Shown: positions 23,736-36,699 of the stretch, piece by piece | Position numbering within the stretch: position 1 is the stretch's first letter | Layout of the letters: each line of letters opens with the position of its first letter | From: Marsupella aquatica | Lineage: Eukaryota; Plantae; Marchantiophyta | Length of the DNA: 64,000 nt | Reading direction: 5' to 3' | Assembly: GCA_973895155.1 (NCBI GenBank) | Contig: OZ316899.1 | Location: 4,901,241 to 4,965,240 of the forward strand | Program-made: the position numbers and the translations under genes | Notes under the pieces: generated by a model | Told to the model about the DNA's origin: nothing | The model's database searches: none | Seen by the model: the letters and a program-made list of their open reading frames with translations, nothing else

Positions 23736-26700
23736 ATGCCCGTCACTCGTTCTCAAGCAGCTTACTTGAGGAGATTGACTAGCGAACGAGAGAGTGCAAC
23801 CACAGCAAGCTCCGACTCTTCAAGATCGGAGGATTTGCAATCACCTCGGCAAATGAACATACCACCAGGATGCTCGGGGTCCGGTCCAACCGGTCCTGCT
23901 CTAGTTCCTGTTGCACCACCGCCAGCATCGCCACCGCCACCAGTACCTATGGTAGTCGCCCCACCGATGGCCTGCGCTGCCCAAGCTCCTCCACAAATAT
24001 CGCAATGATTGCGGTTTCATTATCGACCTTTCAAAGGGCGTCATGGGGATGATCCGGATGAATGGTTGGATGAGTTTGAAGCCACTGCTAAGGCTAACGG
24101 GGAAGACGCCATTAAGCTAACCGTCCTCCCTGGAGTGATGCAGGGAGAAGCTCGTCCATGGTACAACTTGCTGCCACCCGGTACTACATGGGCACAATTC
24201 CAAGCTGCGTTGCTACAAGAATTTCGTGCTATTGGATCTGAGTAGCGCTCTTTATTATAGATCGGTCAGCTTTGCATGGGGAAAAAATAGTCCCTGCGAA
24301 AGTTCATTCAGAAGTTTCAGAAACTTGCTACCAAGATACGGCCCAGGCCGGGTGACGCACTCCAGCTTACGTGGTTCCTCCATGGTTTGCCCACGAATAT
24401 GCAATTCTGGGTGCGCCAGAATAACCCAATTTCAATGCAAGCAGCCATAGCGTGCGCCGAAACCTACCGGGAGTCCACCTATAACTCCCGGCAAAGCCAG
24501 CGGGCACGCCGCAAGAAGGGCAAGTATGAGACCTTCAATGACAGTGACTCCGAATCAGACGACGAGAAGAAGAAGAAACGCAAGAAGAAGAAGAAACATC
24601 GTTTGACCTCGTCCAGTTTGGAGATAGAATCTAGTTCGGATCCTCCACCACCAGCTCATCGGGGAGTGATTTGGAGAGCGAGAGCCGGAGCAAGAAGAAG
24701 AAAAGGAGAGTTAAGGAGGGGGAAAATCAAATCCCATGCTCGAAGAACGATACCCGATCTGAAGGCTACCGAAGCAGACAAGCTTAACAAAATCACAGAT
24801 CGCCTCAAAGCACTGTTAGTACATCTCGCGGAAAAGCCGGTGGAGAAGAAGAAGCCATCTGAGATCCGAGCCCATGCGTGGTGTTCAAAGTGCTTCCAAT
24901 CCGGGCATGTCGTGCAAGAATGCCCAAGATGGAAGAACCGAGTTCACTAGGTGGAATTAGATGATGTCGACAACCCGGGACCTGAAGCGGAGTCCACAGA
25001 GTATTTCTTTGAAGACCCTCCTGATTCGGTGTATCAGATTTCAACGGTGAGTCCGCGTAACTTAGCAGGTAGAACTGCATACCCCTACCCAAACAATGTC
25101 GAAGTTTCCAAGTTATCAGTAACCCTAGCATTCCCCCTAAACCAGGGATTTGGCGATCCCCGGTTTGTTACAACTGTGAGAAGCCAGGCCACTTTGCGAG
25201 GGAATGCACAGAACCAAGATGCCAGGGGGATGGCCGTGGCATGCCACTATGTCAAGTCTGAAAAATGGAAGCTCATTCCATGGCCAATTGTCCATTGGTA
25301 ATAGCGGCTCGAACAAATGGAGCAAGACCAGCCCAGGGCGGACCGGCCACGAGCGATGCAGTCGTCCAAATGATTGTTGTGGAATGGCAAGATGACAACA
25401 CCGAGTGGGTGAATCTGGTGGACGTGGCGGAGCACCCTAATCCATCTGACGAGGCTGAGTGCTACCGAGTGTCAACAAGAGCCAAATGGAAGGAAGAGAA
25501 GCAGGAGGAGAAACGCAAGAAAAAGCAAGATACTACTCCGGTGCAGCCAGTGATAGACATACCCCCAGAGAAAGACGATGACTACCGTCGGGACGACCCG
25601 AAGCTAGTTTTCCCTTGCATCGAAGAAATGGTAAAGAAACAGCTGGAGGCCTACAAAGCTTGGGAATACCAGAAGGCAATCGATAAGGACATCAAAGCAG
25701 CCAAAGCCGCCCGACGACAGGAGCAAGAAAAGCAAGAAAAGCAGGAGGAGGAAGTCAAGCAGCAACCGAAGGAAGAAAAGAAGGAGGACTATGATATTAA
25801 GGAAGACGTGAAGAGTTGCCCGGTTACAGCAACAGTAGGACAACTGCTACAAAACAATCCACAGTACCGACGGCAACTGAGGGAGTTGCTTACGGGTTGA
25901 CGACGGAGGCGACTACCCCGTGTTGGGATCGCGGATTGCAACATGATATGCGAGGACCTGGGAGCGCCGGACATCTCGATTGAGATTAATAATTGTACCA
26001 TCAAGATGGTTCTCGTGGACGGAGGAGCGGGCGTCAACATCATGACTGAAGAAACATCAGTCAAGTTAGGATACCTCACGTATCAACCCACGGCCCGAGC
26101 TATCAGATTAGCAAACGGGGCAAGGGTCCTTCCATTAGGCACGCTCACACGGGTGCTCACTCTGGTGGGAGGGGTGGAGTTCTATCTCAACTTCCTAGTC
26201 ATGAGGCCGGTTTGGCCCTCCTCTTATCCGGTCCTCCTAGGCAGGCCGTGGCTGTACGGTGGCCGTGTAGTCACGGATTGGGGAAAGAAGGAGCTACGGT
26301 TTGGGACACCCACAGTGCGGGTATCATGGGCAATGGACGATTACCAGGGCGAAACTCCACAGGGACCCGAGGAATATGATTCAAAGACCTCGGAGGAAGA
26401 GGAACTGAATATGATTGAACTCATCCCGTCCCTGTCCGAGGAAGATGTCTTTGGAGTTGAGGCAACCCGGGAAACACATCTCCTGAATTACCCGAAGGCT
26501 GCTATTGAGTCCACCCCGAGCACCTCCACTGCCCGGGATGAGGAAACGCAAAAACAACCAATCAATACGGAGGACACGGCTCCAGCTAAGCAGGGTGCCG
26601 CTGTTGCTTCTACCAGTGCAGAGCCTTGTGACCATGAACCGGCGAAACAACCGCCCGAGGCCGAAAACCTGAGACCAAGATATAAGAAATGAGTCTCCTG

Positions 26701-29680
26701 GGATCTGTTCATCCCACAATTGGAGGAAGTAACTCCAATCCCAAAACCAATCCCGGTTCCACCCATGTACGGAGGAGTTCGATTAGCTGAACTTGATGCG
26801 AGACTGGACCCGAGCTTGCGGAACCAGGTTGAAGTCATCAGGAAGGAGCACTACCGGAAGTACACCATTGGGATGGATAAGTCTTTTAACCTGGGCCACG
26901 CTCTGACTGGGGAGGCGGAAAAATCTATCCAAGCTTTGCTCAAGGAATATGAAGATGTGTTTGCATGGAGCCATCACGATTTAACAGGAGTCTCCCCCGA
27001 GTTAGGAAAACACACGATCAATTTGAATCTGAGGGCCCATGCAGTACGGCAGCGACAACGTCGCATGAACCCGAGGTACTCCATCTTAGTGAAGGAGGAA
27101 ATTGATTGTCTCCTCGCCGCAGATATCATCTACCCGGTAATGGCCAGCAATTGGGTCTCTCCCATCGTCATTGTACCAAAAAAGGGAGGTACGGACGAAA
27201 AACCTAAGATCTGGATCTGTCAGGACTATCGTAAGTTGAACGACGCGACCTGAAAAGATCATTACCCGTTACCATTCACGGATATGGTTCTAGATATGGT
27301 AGCCCGAAATGAAATTTATACATTCCTTGACGGGTATTCGGGTTATAACCAAATCTGGATTCGCCTCTCGGATCAGCTCAAAACAACGTTCACTACAGAA
27401 TGGGGGACTTTCGCATTTCGGAGAATGCTGTTCGGATTGTGTGACGCTCCGGCCATGTTTCAGCAACTCATGATGAATATCTTCCACGATTTCCTACGGG
27501 AATTTCTGGAGATATTTATCGACAACTTCACCATCTTTGGAACCGTCGCCATGCACCCCGAACACCTAAGACGTACGTTGCAACGATGCCGAGAGGTTAA
27601 CCTCAAACTACATCCTGCCAAATGCTTTTTCGGGGTAGAGGAGGGAGTGTTACTCGGGCATCGTGTGTCCAAACGGGGTATCGAGGTGGACCAAGAGAAG
27701 GTTGCGGCCTGGATGGCGGTGGTGTTCCCCGTGGATCAAAAAGCGGTACGATCCATCTTGGGCTGTGTAGGGTATTACCGTTGGTTCATTAAAGACTTTG
27801 CTAAAATTGCGTTGCCCTTAACTGAGATGATGAAGAAGGATGCGGTGATCGAGGAGACACCCCGAAGACGGATTGCTTTCGAAGAACTCCGTAAACGACT
27901 CACCACCGCACCTATCATGGTCACTCCAGACTGGAATAAGGAGTTCCACATGTATGTCAATGTGTCAGGGTTCTGTATCGGATCCGTGCTCAGTCAGCTT
28001 GATGAGGACGGACGCGACCACCCCATCTACTTTGCTAGCCGTCAATTATTCACAGTCGAAAAAAATTATTCCCCCACTGATTGAGAATCTCTGGGAATAA
28101 TCTACTCGTGTAAAAAGTTCCGACACTATATGCTCGGCTACAAGGTCATATTCCACACGGATCATGATAGCCTGAAGTACATGGTCAACAAAGCAAACAT
28201 GACGGGACAGATAGCCCGGTGGGTGCTACTTCTCCAGGAATTTAACTACGAAGTTTGGGTTCGGCCAGGAAAGGTACACCTCAACGCCGACTTCTTTTCA
28301 AGGCTGGATGGCGTACCAGTCGATCAGCCAATTAATGATATTTTTCCGGATGAGGAATTATTCCACGTAGGGGCGGGGACGCCAACGTGGTACAGCTCAA
28401 TAATCACCTTCCTCTTAACGGGCCGCATCCCTGACAGCATCAATCAGGAAGCCGCCGCTGTGTTTTTAAGGAAAGCCGGGCCTTATGTCATGATACAGGG
28501 TCACCTACATAAGGAAGGAGTTAATGGGAAGTTACGACGCTGCTTAGAGTATAAGGAAACACTTATCGTGATGCGGGCCTTGCATGAAGAAGAAGCTGGA
28601 GGCCATTTTGCGGCTATCACGATAGCCCGAAAGATTCTGGACTCGGGGTATTGGTGGCCTACGTTGCATCGGGATGTACAACGCTTCATCAAGGGTTGTG
28701 ACCTGTGTCAACGGGCTGGGGCCCCGAGACGAGCTCATCATCACCCTCTCACGTCCGTGCTTCCCTTAGCACCTTTCGAAAAGTGGGGTATTGATTACAT
28801 TGGGCCGTTCACTCCCGTTACCCAAAGGCAAAGATGCAGGTACATCCTGCTAGCTATAGATTACTCCACCAAGTGGGTCGAAGCGCGGGCTACGGTGAAG
28901 GATGACGCCGCAACCAGCGCCAGGTTCTTATATGAACAGATTTTCACCCGGTTCGGACCGCCCTTAGAATTGGTAAGCGACCGTGGAACACACTTCCTCA
29001 ATGACACTATAGCCCAGCTTACGGAGCGTTACCTAGTCAAGCACCGCAAGACTACCCCGTATCATCCTAAAGCCAATGGAATGACAGAGAGAGCCAATGG
29101 TATCATTGGGAAGATCCTCAACAAAACTATAGCTGCGCACAAAACGGATTGGGATGATAAATTGTACGCAGCGGTGTACTCGTATAATCTAGCTTACAAA
29201 ACTACTACGAGTCACAGCCCGTACTTTCTCGTGTTCGGCCAACATTCGTTGGTGCCCGTTGAGTTTGAAGTACACACTCCACGGGTCAGCATTCGGGATC
29301 GCTTGCCCGAACCTGAAAGTTTGTCAGACCGAGCTTATCAGATTGAAGCCTTAGAAGAGGCACGGCTACTAGCATCTCGACACGCCATAAACCAGCAGGC
29401 AACTTCTAAGAAGCAGCACGACAAAGGACTACGGAAGGTCGATGTCGTGACAGGCGATCTGGTCCTTCTGTACGATAGTAGGTACATACAGTTTCCAGGG
29501 AAGCTTCATACCCGTTGGTTAGGGCCCTTCCTAGTCAATCAGATCTACCCTAACGGATCTTTGGAGCTTGCGACGTACGCTGGCAATTTACTCCCCACGC
29601 GAGTCAGTTACGATCATGTAAAGAAGTACCACCATCAAGACGACGACGCCGAAAGTGATGTTTGCAAGGACGCTTCATAG
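23736..29680 (+). pseudogene. gag-pol of element A (gag with zinc knuckle, protease, RT, RNase H, integrase), many stops
   Basis: CSKCFQSGHVVQEC; VLVDGGAGVNIM; LDGYSGYNQI and IFIDNF (decayed YxDD); HPIYFASRQL; HTDHDSLKY; FEKWGIDYIGP; SDRGTHF; GKLHTRWLGP. Confidence 0.95.
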
Positions 29681-29695
29681 TTAAGCAGGGAGCTA

Positions 29696-32600
29696 TGTGA
29701 CGCCGCCGGTACGGCGAGTAATGAATAATTTGGTCTAAACCGCGCTTAGCATGCGCGTTAGGGGTATCTTAGGCCGCTATTATTAGCATAACGACAGTAT
29801 TTAGGTAACCATTATGAGTAGGAAATCATTAGTCAATAAGGGGAATTCATGTTCGGACTGGCGGCGTGTCGCCATTCGCACGCCCGGGTTGCGAGCGTGG
29901 AGGGGCCCCTCCCTCGGGTCCGTATAACAAACTTAGGGAAGCGGCCATTGACACGCGCTGACTCAGACCGGCGGAGTGGCCGGTACACTATAAGCGTGAA
30001 CGGTTCAGCCTATAAGCAACGAGGAGACGTCGGGTGATCGACGAGCCCTCAAGGTATAAAAGGGGAGCCGACCCTTTGTAGTGCACCAGTCCATTAGTCC
30101 ACGCGCCAGCTTTGACCCCAGCTCTCTCATTTTCTCTTAGTCGCCACTGCTATCTCCTCTGAATGTCGCACACGATCCTCTCCAGTTCGGCCATTTGATT
30201 CTGGACGCAGTTCCTATCTACCGGAAGACACTTGGCCGACTCATTGAAACACGCCAACCCGCGCCGATACAAAATCGAACGCGAGTATGAGAGAGCCATC
30301 CGCCTAGCAGGACAACACCACTATATCCTTAACTTTGACTACCCGTCTCAGAGCGAGCTTTACCGACCAGTAGAGGTATCACGGTACTTCTTCAACGGAG
30401 ACAAATATATCGGTTTCTGGGAAGCATTGCTTCAGCTTTCGGACGAGGTCTTCAATATCCCGGGTACGATCGACTTGCAACGGCATCACTTCGACCACAT
30501 CCCTGCTCATGTTTGGGCTATCATCAACAGCGAGTCTAGCACTACCCGTTCGACAAGGCCGTTTGCACTTGCTTTGGAGAATTTATACCAGCACCTGCAG
30601 AGCTTCATGGGAACTAGACCCTCAACCGCCGGCGCCGGCCCAGTCCACCCCATACCCGTACCTGCGCCAATGCAGATTCAGGCTCAGGCTCGGCCTCAGC
30701 CTAGCCAAACCCCCCACCGCCGATCGCCCCGCCAGTACAAGTATGCTCCATCATTAACGCTGTGGACCTTAGCGACAACGACGAGGCTACCCCACCCTTG
30801 CTCAAGCGGCCCAGAGGATCGAACACTCAGGGGGCCGACACTACATCGTCCCCTCCCCATGTTCGGACCCAAGGAGCGGCTCCAGAAGACAACACGGTGA
30901 CCATGGCCGCCCCGGGCCCAATACTAATGGCGGTAGCACTACCTATGCTCGATCGAGAGGATGGGGAGGTGTCACCCTCCCCGAGCCAGTCACGGGGGAA
31001 GAAGAGGAAGGAACCCGCTGCTGCATCCGAGTTACCAATGGCCACGGTAGCCACGGCCAAGGTGAGAATGCACCGCATGGGGGAAAACGTGCATAAAAAC
31101 ATCCTCCATCCCAAACATGTGGTGTACCTGAAAACTCAGGGATTAGAGCACCTTGCCTCTCTCCCCTGGAACACTTGCAGGTACTACGGGGAGGACATGA
31201 CGGAATTCGTCAAGAATTATGACGACGCACGTCAACATACTCGGTTGCGGGGAAGGAATATGTCCCTCACGGAAGAACGGCTCAAGATGATCTTCGGGTT
31301 ACCCAAAGGTGACCACCGAGTCGAATCACGGGCTCCCGGGGGCAAGGGAGCCAAGTACCAATCCTCGAGTTTTCCCTCCAAGGGATCAGTGGACAACGGG
31401 TTTGTGATGAGGACCTGCCTCATCCCTGAGATAGTTGAGCGACTGGAGTTCCAAAGGTACGCCCTCCACATGATGGAACCCCGGGGGGAGATCTCCGCTG
31501 CCCAGGTTATCCAGGTCGAGAACTATCGACCTAGGAAGTGGGCGTCATACTTCGCTAAGAAATTCCATGAAGAGATGGAGCGGCAAAGAAAGACGCTATA
31601 CATTGGCGGGAAGGCATATTTTGCTAGCCACATCGAGATCATTCTCGAGTGGTACGCTCGGTTTGATTGATGAACCCTTCCCCACGTCAACGTAACAAAG
31701 CTGGTCCCAGCTAGGTGGGTTTTCCCGGCCTTGGAGAGACGGCCCCAACCTGAGGCCCAAAGTCCAGCGGCCACGCAGGCTTCACCCACCCCACCTCCAC
31801 AAGTAGTTGTAGCCGTGGCCGATGAGGTATCAGATGGGTCGGTAATCGCAACCGTAGATGCGATCAACCAGGCCGGCCCAAGTACAGAAATCAGGACAGT
31901 GGAGGCCTTACTCGAGCCCGGCTCTCCCGAAGACCCACCGGTGGCTATTCCGGAGGACCGGACATTGCTGGAGGAGGACACTCCAACCCCTTCCAACACT
32001 ACGTCTCCAGGGCTGGATGTCACTGCCCCGGCCCCCGCGCGTGTTGACGTCTGCCCATGCCCAAATCCGGACAGGCACAACCTGGACCACCCGAAACTCT
32101 TCGTACCGGGTACATTTCTGAACGGGCTTCTGGGAGATTTCTCTCATCAAATTGTCCAGGATATCGGGGAGTTCATGGCCCGGAAGGTAGCCGGTTTCTT
32201 CAATCAGGAGTTGGTTGCCGCAGTAAAGGCAGGTTGGGCCCAGTTAGAGGCCCATCAGAGGATAGAGCGGTACCGGGTGGAGTCCGTATACTTAAAGAAC
32301 GAGGTTGCGGCTCAAGAGGCTGAGCTTCTGCAGCTACGACCCAAAGTTGCAGCCGCCGATGAGTTGTTAGCAAAGGTGCACGCCCTTACCGCCCTAGCCG
32401 AATAGGCCAAAGCTGGGAACGAGGCCGAGATTGCACGACTCCGGAACCAGATTGACAGTTTGAAGAATCAAACTGTCATCTGGCAGAAAGACCTGGAGGA
32501 GGCCGAAGAACGGGCCCAGCGAGACACTGCGGAGATAGCCACGCTACAGGCCAAAGTAGCGCGGCTCCAAACCAAAGCCGAGAAGTAGGACCAGGTGGTG

Positions 32601-33695
32601 GGCAAGTTGACGAGCAACGCCCAGCAGCTGGAGGAGGCATGCCAGGAGGCAGCGGAGGAGACGGACGCGGCAAAGCGAGAGAACGAATCTCTGCTAGACC
32701 AGGTCCAGCTCCTCAAGGCGGACAACGACAGACTTCGTAAGCAGCGGGATGGCCGCTCCCACTCGGGCGGCTCTGGCAAGCATGCCAGGCATTAGCGGCG
32801 AAGTAGGAATAGAATATGGTTAGGAATAGCTAAATCAGGCTACGGGGACAGGAACCTGCCCTAGTTAGAGCAGCACCGCCATGCTGTCCAACTTGCGTAG
32901 GTTAGGTAGGATCTTCTAATAAGACACATCCGTTTTGTGGCCTGACAGTCAGATTAGTTAGGACCTAAGTCAGCAAATCTTTGGGTGGGAGGACACTTCG
33001 TTCCTCGGCCCTTAGTATTTAGTGCACCCCTCGGTAGAGGCAAGGGGGGGTTTTTAGTCTCAGTGTTGGACATCCGCGGTATGTGCGGGGAGTCCTGACC
33101 TCTGGGAGTGAAAGAGTACCAAGGGGAGGGTGTAAGACTAAGCTTGCTGGGCGAGTGCGGAGCCGGGCTCCGTTGTAGTGTACACCCTTGCCTCGGACCT
33201 GTTCACTCCAGAGCATTCAGGTCAACTAAGTGTACGCGTATTTCTCTTATGGAGTAAAATCCCTTCCTGTTATTTCCTTCGTGTAAATTGAGATTTTATG
33301 CTTGTGCATATGTATGTGTGTGAATCTCGTGTATAGGTGCCAACGCTTGGCCGAACGCACTACCCAAGTAGTGCACGGGGTGCATCTTGCGTGTACGTGG
33401 TTGCGAGCCCGGGTTGAGCACCCATATCATCAAAATCCGTATCGAAGGCGGACAATACGAAGGCTTAGAAGCCCTTAAGCCAGGGTCGATCCTGCTATCG
33501 ATTGAGGTACGTTCCGGTGACGGAACACAAATCATACCTAGGAGGTGTCCGTATTTAGCAGTATACGCACTTAGCGCTATTTTACGTAAGTTGGGTGCAT
33601 TCTGTGCCTCCCTCCCTGCCCGAACCCTCATTTTGACAAAGGGTGTGCCTGTTTAAGCCGAAGCCCGGAGTAAGGCCAAGGTTGACGACGTGACA
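29696..33695 (+). repeat. 3' LTR of element A, 4000 bp
   Basis: Preceded by purine-rich AAGCAGGGAG; TG...CA ends; followed by the TSD. Confidence 0.95.
30163..32795 (+). pseudogene. LTR-embedded ORF, copy in the 3' LTR
   Basis: Fragments 30232-30900, 30762-31670, 31731-32405 and 32595-32795, homologous to 17372-20007. Confidence 0.8.
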
Positions 33696-34079
33696 CCTAG
33701 ACATTTGTTCATGTTATATTTGATTTGTTCATGTTTGGTAATATAAAAAAGTATTGTCTATATTTATATTTGTCGTTCACTTTTGAATGAGTCATACTCA
33801 TGACATATGTATTGTATTGTTTATTGCGATCTCTTGTGAATTTTACATGCAACTTTCTATCTAACCTCTGTTGCTCCATATAACTTTCTTTCCTACTTAT
33901 TCCATAATTTTCATTGTCACCCTCGTGTTTCCCTCCTCTGTGATACGTCTGTCCCTCCTCCTCCTCCCTTCCTCTTTCTCCTCCCTCCCTCCATCCTCCC
34001 TTCCTCTTCCCTCCTGCCCCCTCCATATATTGGACCATCCACCCTCTTCATTCTCTCACCTCATAATAATCTTAATTTT

Positions 34080-34578
34080 TAGTTTGCGAATAATTTGCGA
34101 AGCTCATAACATCTCACCGGACTTGCAATATCTATGAATCTTCTCGTTTCTCAATTTTCCCATACTATACGCTTCGCAACGTTGTGATGCAAAATGTATC
34201 ACAACTTTCATATTTTCAATGTTTTGCAAACCTCCCATCCTCCAACCTTCTTAAAATTGTCAAACAATTACTCTCACAAACAATGTTCAAACCAAACGTC
34301 TTTGCAAATATTTATATCAGTCGATTTTGGAGTCGGCAAGCGATTTTGGCGTCTTCAAAAGTTGCCTTTCCATTTGGTGCGTTTTGGTAAAACTTGCAAA
34401 CTCACGTACTTCGCAATTTATTAGCAATATAGCTTGCTTCAAATATTATATTTGCAATACGGATAGAATCGCAAAGTGCGATTCAGGTTGATTTGCAAAG
34501 TATGCCAAGCGCTGCCCATCGGAAATGCAAGAGCATCAACAAAAATAGCTTCGCAAAAGTGTCAAATATGTTGTAGTG
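34080..34578. repeat. Right subterminal motif cluster and TIR of the CACTA
   Basis: TTTGCGAA/TTCGCAA/TTTGCAAA words ending in TGTTGTAGTG. Confidence 0.8.
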
Positions 34579-34647
34579 GTACAATTCTCTCTTAGCCCGA
34601 GCACCATGATTACCACCAATCACCCAATATCTCCAACTTGTTGCCTT

Positions 34648-35008
34648 ATCTGGGGGGTATTTACAAACGGCAGGAAACAGGAAACAATAACAGGAAACAG
34701 TTACTGGTAACAGGAAAGTGGGTGGTAATTTTTTTGGATTTTTTTTTTGGATTTTTTTTTTGGGGGGGATTTTTTTTTTTTGTTTTGGTTTGTCATCGTC
34801 ATATTGCTAGCGCCCGAAGCTATTAATAGTAGCGCTTGGCGCTTGCAAAAAAATGCCATGATTTTAATTATTTTGAAAAATAAGACTTTAAATGGTACAT
34901 TTTTAGATTGTATTTTTTACTGGTAACAGTAAAATTTTCCTAGTAATAGGAAACGTTTTGCTGGTACCAGTAAACCTGTTTGTTGTTTGTTGTTACAGTG
35001 GTGATGCC
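34648..35008. mobile_element. Small non-autonomous insertion, family unassigned
   Basis: Interrupts the codons between DPEK and ATSW; flanked by CTT; imperfect inverted subterminal AAACAG/TTACTGGTAACAG motifs; T-rich core. Confidence 0.7.
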
Positions 35009-35815
35009 CTTTTCTGGGTCCCAGTCTGTCACTGTCGGGCAGTCTTCGGGGATCACAAACAAGACAAATGGCATGGTGAAATTTGTTGAATTCATTTTCA
35101 TCAAGGTCTTGATGTTCTTCACATGCAACCGATCTACTGTTTGAACCAATGTTGAGTTCTCGTCATCAATATCGTCAACAAGAAGCAAGTTAGTTGTTTT
35201 CAGAATAACAGTTGTCTTCTGAACTCTCTTGGTCTCCATCAACCGAGACACTTCTTTGCAAACCATGAGTGTCTCTTCACGCTACAAAGCTATAGTGATA
35301 TCTGTTGTTGAATCTTTTTTCTTTTCTTGAATGGCACCCCTAGATGATAGAGAAGGCCCCACTTGAAGAAGTTGCAAAAATCTGAGACGGTCTCTCCAAA
35401 TTTGGTGGGACCAAAGATGAGACAACACTTCTAGGTGTAGATGGTGAGCGCTTCTAGATCTCACGTCGATCTAGTTTCTTCTTTCCAGCAGCGTCTTCCA
35501 AGACCACCGCTTTCGAACCTTCCCCGGAGAGTTGATCTGCAAGCTTCCTCTTTGCGGGTTCCTTAAAAGAAACTATAGCAGATTTCTCTTTTGTCGAGGG
35601 AGTTCCAGATGTCTACCTTGACTTTGAAGCCGGATCGGTAGGCTTTGTAACTTCAACTTCAGAGGACGCTCTTTGACGCCAAAGTCAGTTCCGACAACGG
35701 ACCGATATGCGACCTTGGTAAAATCTTCAACGACCCTCCAAGACTTGAAGACAAATTTAAAACACCAATACAAAAAGTCCTCAACCTCCGGCACCTCCAA
35801 AATTAGCTTCACAAT

Positions 35816-36270
35816 GGGGTAGCGAGGATCATCAGTTATCAATATTTCCCCTGAATTTTTTTTGAATCTCAGCTGAGCAGCTGAGATGACAACTTTGCAC
35901 TTCCACGCATCTCAGCTGACCTTGCCGAGATCGGCGTGCGGACAAAAAAATGAGATTTTTTTAAATTTATTTTCTTGAAAAATTCAAAATGAACTTTAAA
36001 ATTAAAAAAAAAACCGACAAAATTTGGTGTCCGTACTGTACGGACACCTGGCCATCTTGGCTAGCCCCACCGAGAAGTGATGTCCGTACAATACGGACAC
36101 CCATAGTGAAAAAAATTCAAAAAAAGGTTTTTTTTTCTTCATCAAATTTTGAGGGAAAAAAATGAAAAAAAATTGGCTCCGCATCTTTGCGGCCTCTCTG
36201 AGATGATGTGGCGGCTGATATCAGGTTGACTGATGGAAATGACTGATAACTGATGATGTAACTTTACTCC
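35816..36270. mobile_element. MITE with imperfect ~27-bp TIRs and an 8-bp TSD
   Basis: Perfect inverted 14-mer ATCATCAGTTATCA (35828-35841) / TGATAACTGATGAT (36244-36257); ends GGGGTA...TACTCC; flanks TTCACAAT and TTCATGAT. Confidence 0.85.
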
Positions 36271-36699
36271 TTCATGATTGGGTCCTCCAAAAATGTGTTC
36301 ATCGAGACCCGATCAAGTTTCTTGTAGTTGAGGACAACTAGGGTGAAGGCATTGTTTAGACCAATGCAAAGGTACATTGGAATCTTTTTCTCCTATTTAG
36401 TTTTGAAGTCGGTGATATCCACCTCCGCAGTGTCAATGACTAATCCATAATGACAATGGTCTTTACCCTTAACTATAATCAACCAAACTGTTGGACCTTT
36501 ATAAGCTTTGTGAATATCCATCCCCCAGGCATCCCAAAAGTACCACCTATTCCTCACAAATTTCTCCTTGTTGTAAAGGTCCTTCTTCCAGATCTCATCA
36601 ATGATGGATATCTGTGAAGACTCGGTCGAACTAGATGACTTTGATTTGTGCGACATGATCTTGTAAGAGATTGACACACTTAGAACCACAAAGATGTCT

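Larger units (their letters stand above)
15545..33695 (+). mobile_element. Ty3/Gypsy element A, non-chromoviral (Athila/Phygy/Selgy-like), with 4-kb LTRs
   Basis: TGTGAC...GTGACA ends; 5-bp TSD CCTAG at 15540-15544 and 33696-33700; domain order gag-PR-RT-RH-INT; no chromodomain or additional RNase H seen. Confidence 0.95.
6079..34578 (+). mobile_element. Complete CACTA (En/Spm) DNA transposon, 28.5 kb including nested retroelements
   Basis: TIR CACTACAACA at 6079-6088 and TGTTGTAGTG at 34569-34578. 3-bp TSD GTA at 6076-6078 and 34579-34581. Internal Tnp2-like transposase. Confidence 0.97.
34579..36656 (-). pseudogene. 5' part of the ParB-MTase gene, including the N-terminal half of the ParB/Srx-like domain
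   Basis: After removing two small insertions: MSHKSKSSS...FLEDPI/KLILEVPEVEDF...LVQTVDRLHVKNIKTLM..PFVLFV..DWDPEK/ATSWRYWVIGGNHGARAKRELY, joining in frame across the CACTA TSD to KAYGREIF at 6075. Confidence 0.78.

Noticed and set aside
33930-34060. C/T-rich tract and ORFs 33709-34038 and 33871-34137
   Set aside because: Low-complexity sequence near the CACTA end, with no coding evidence.
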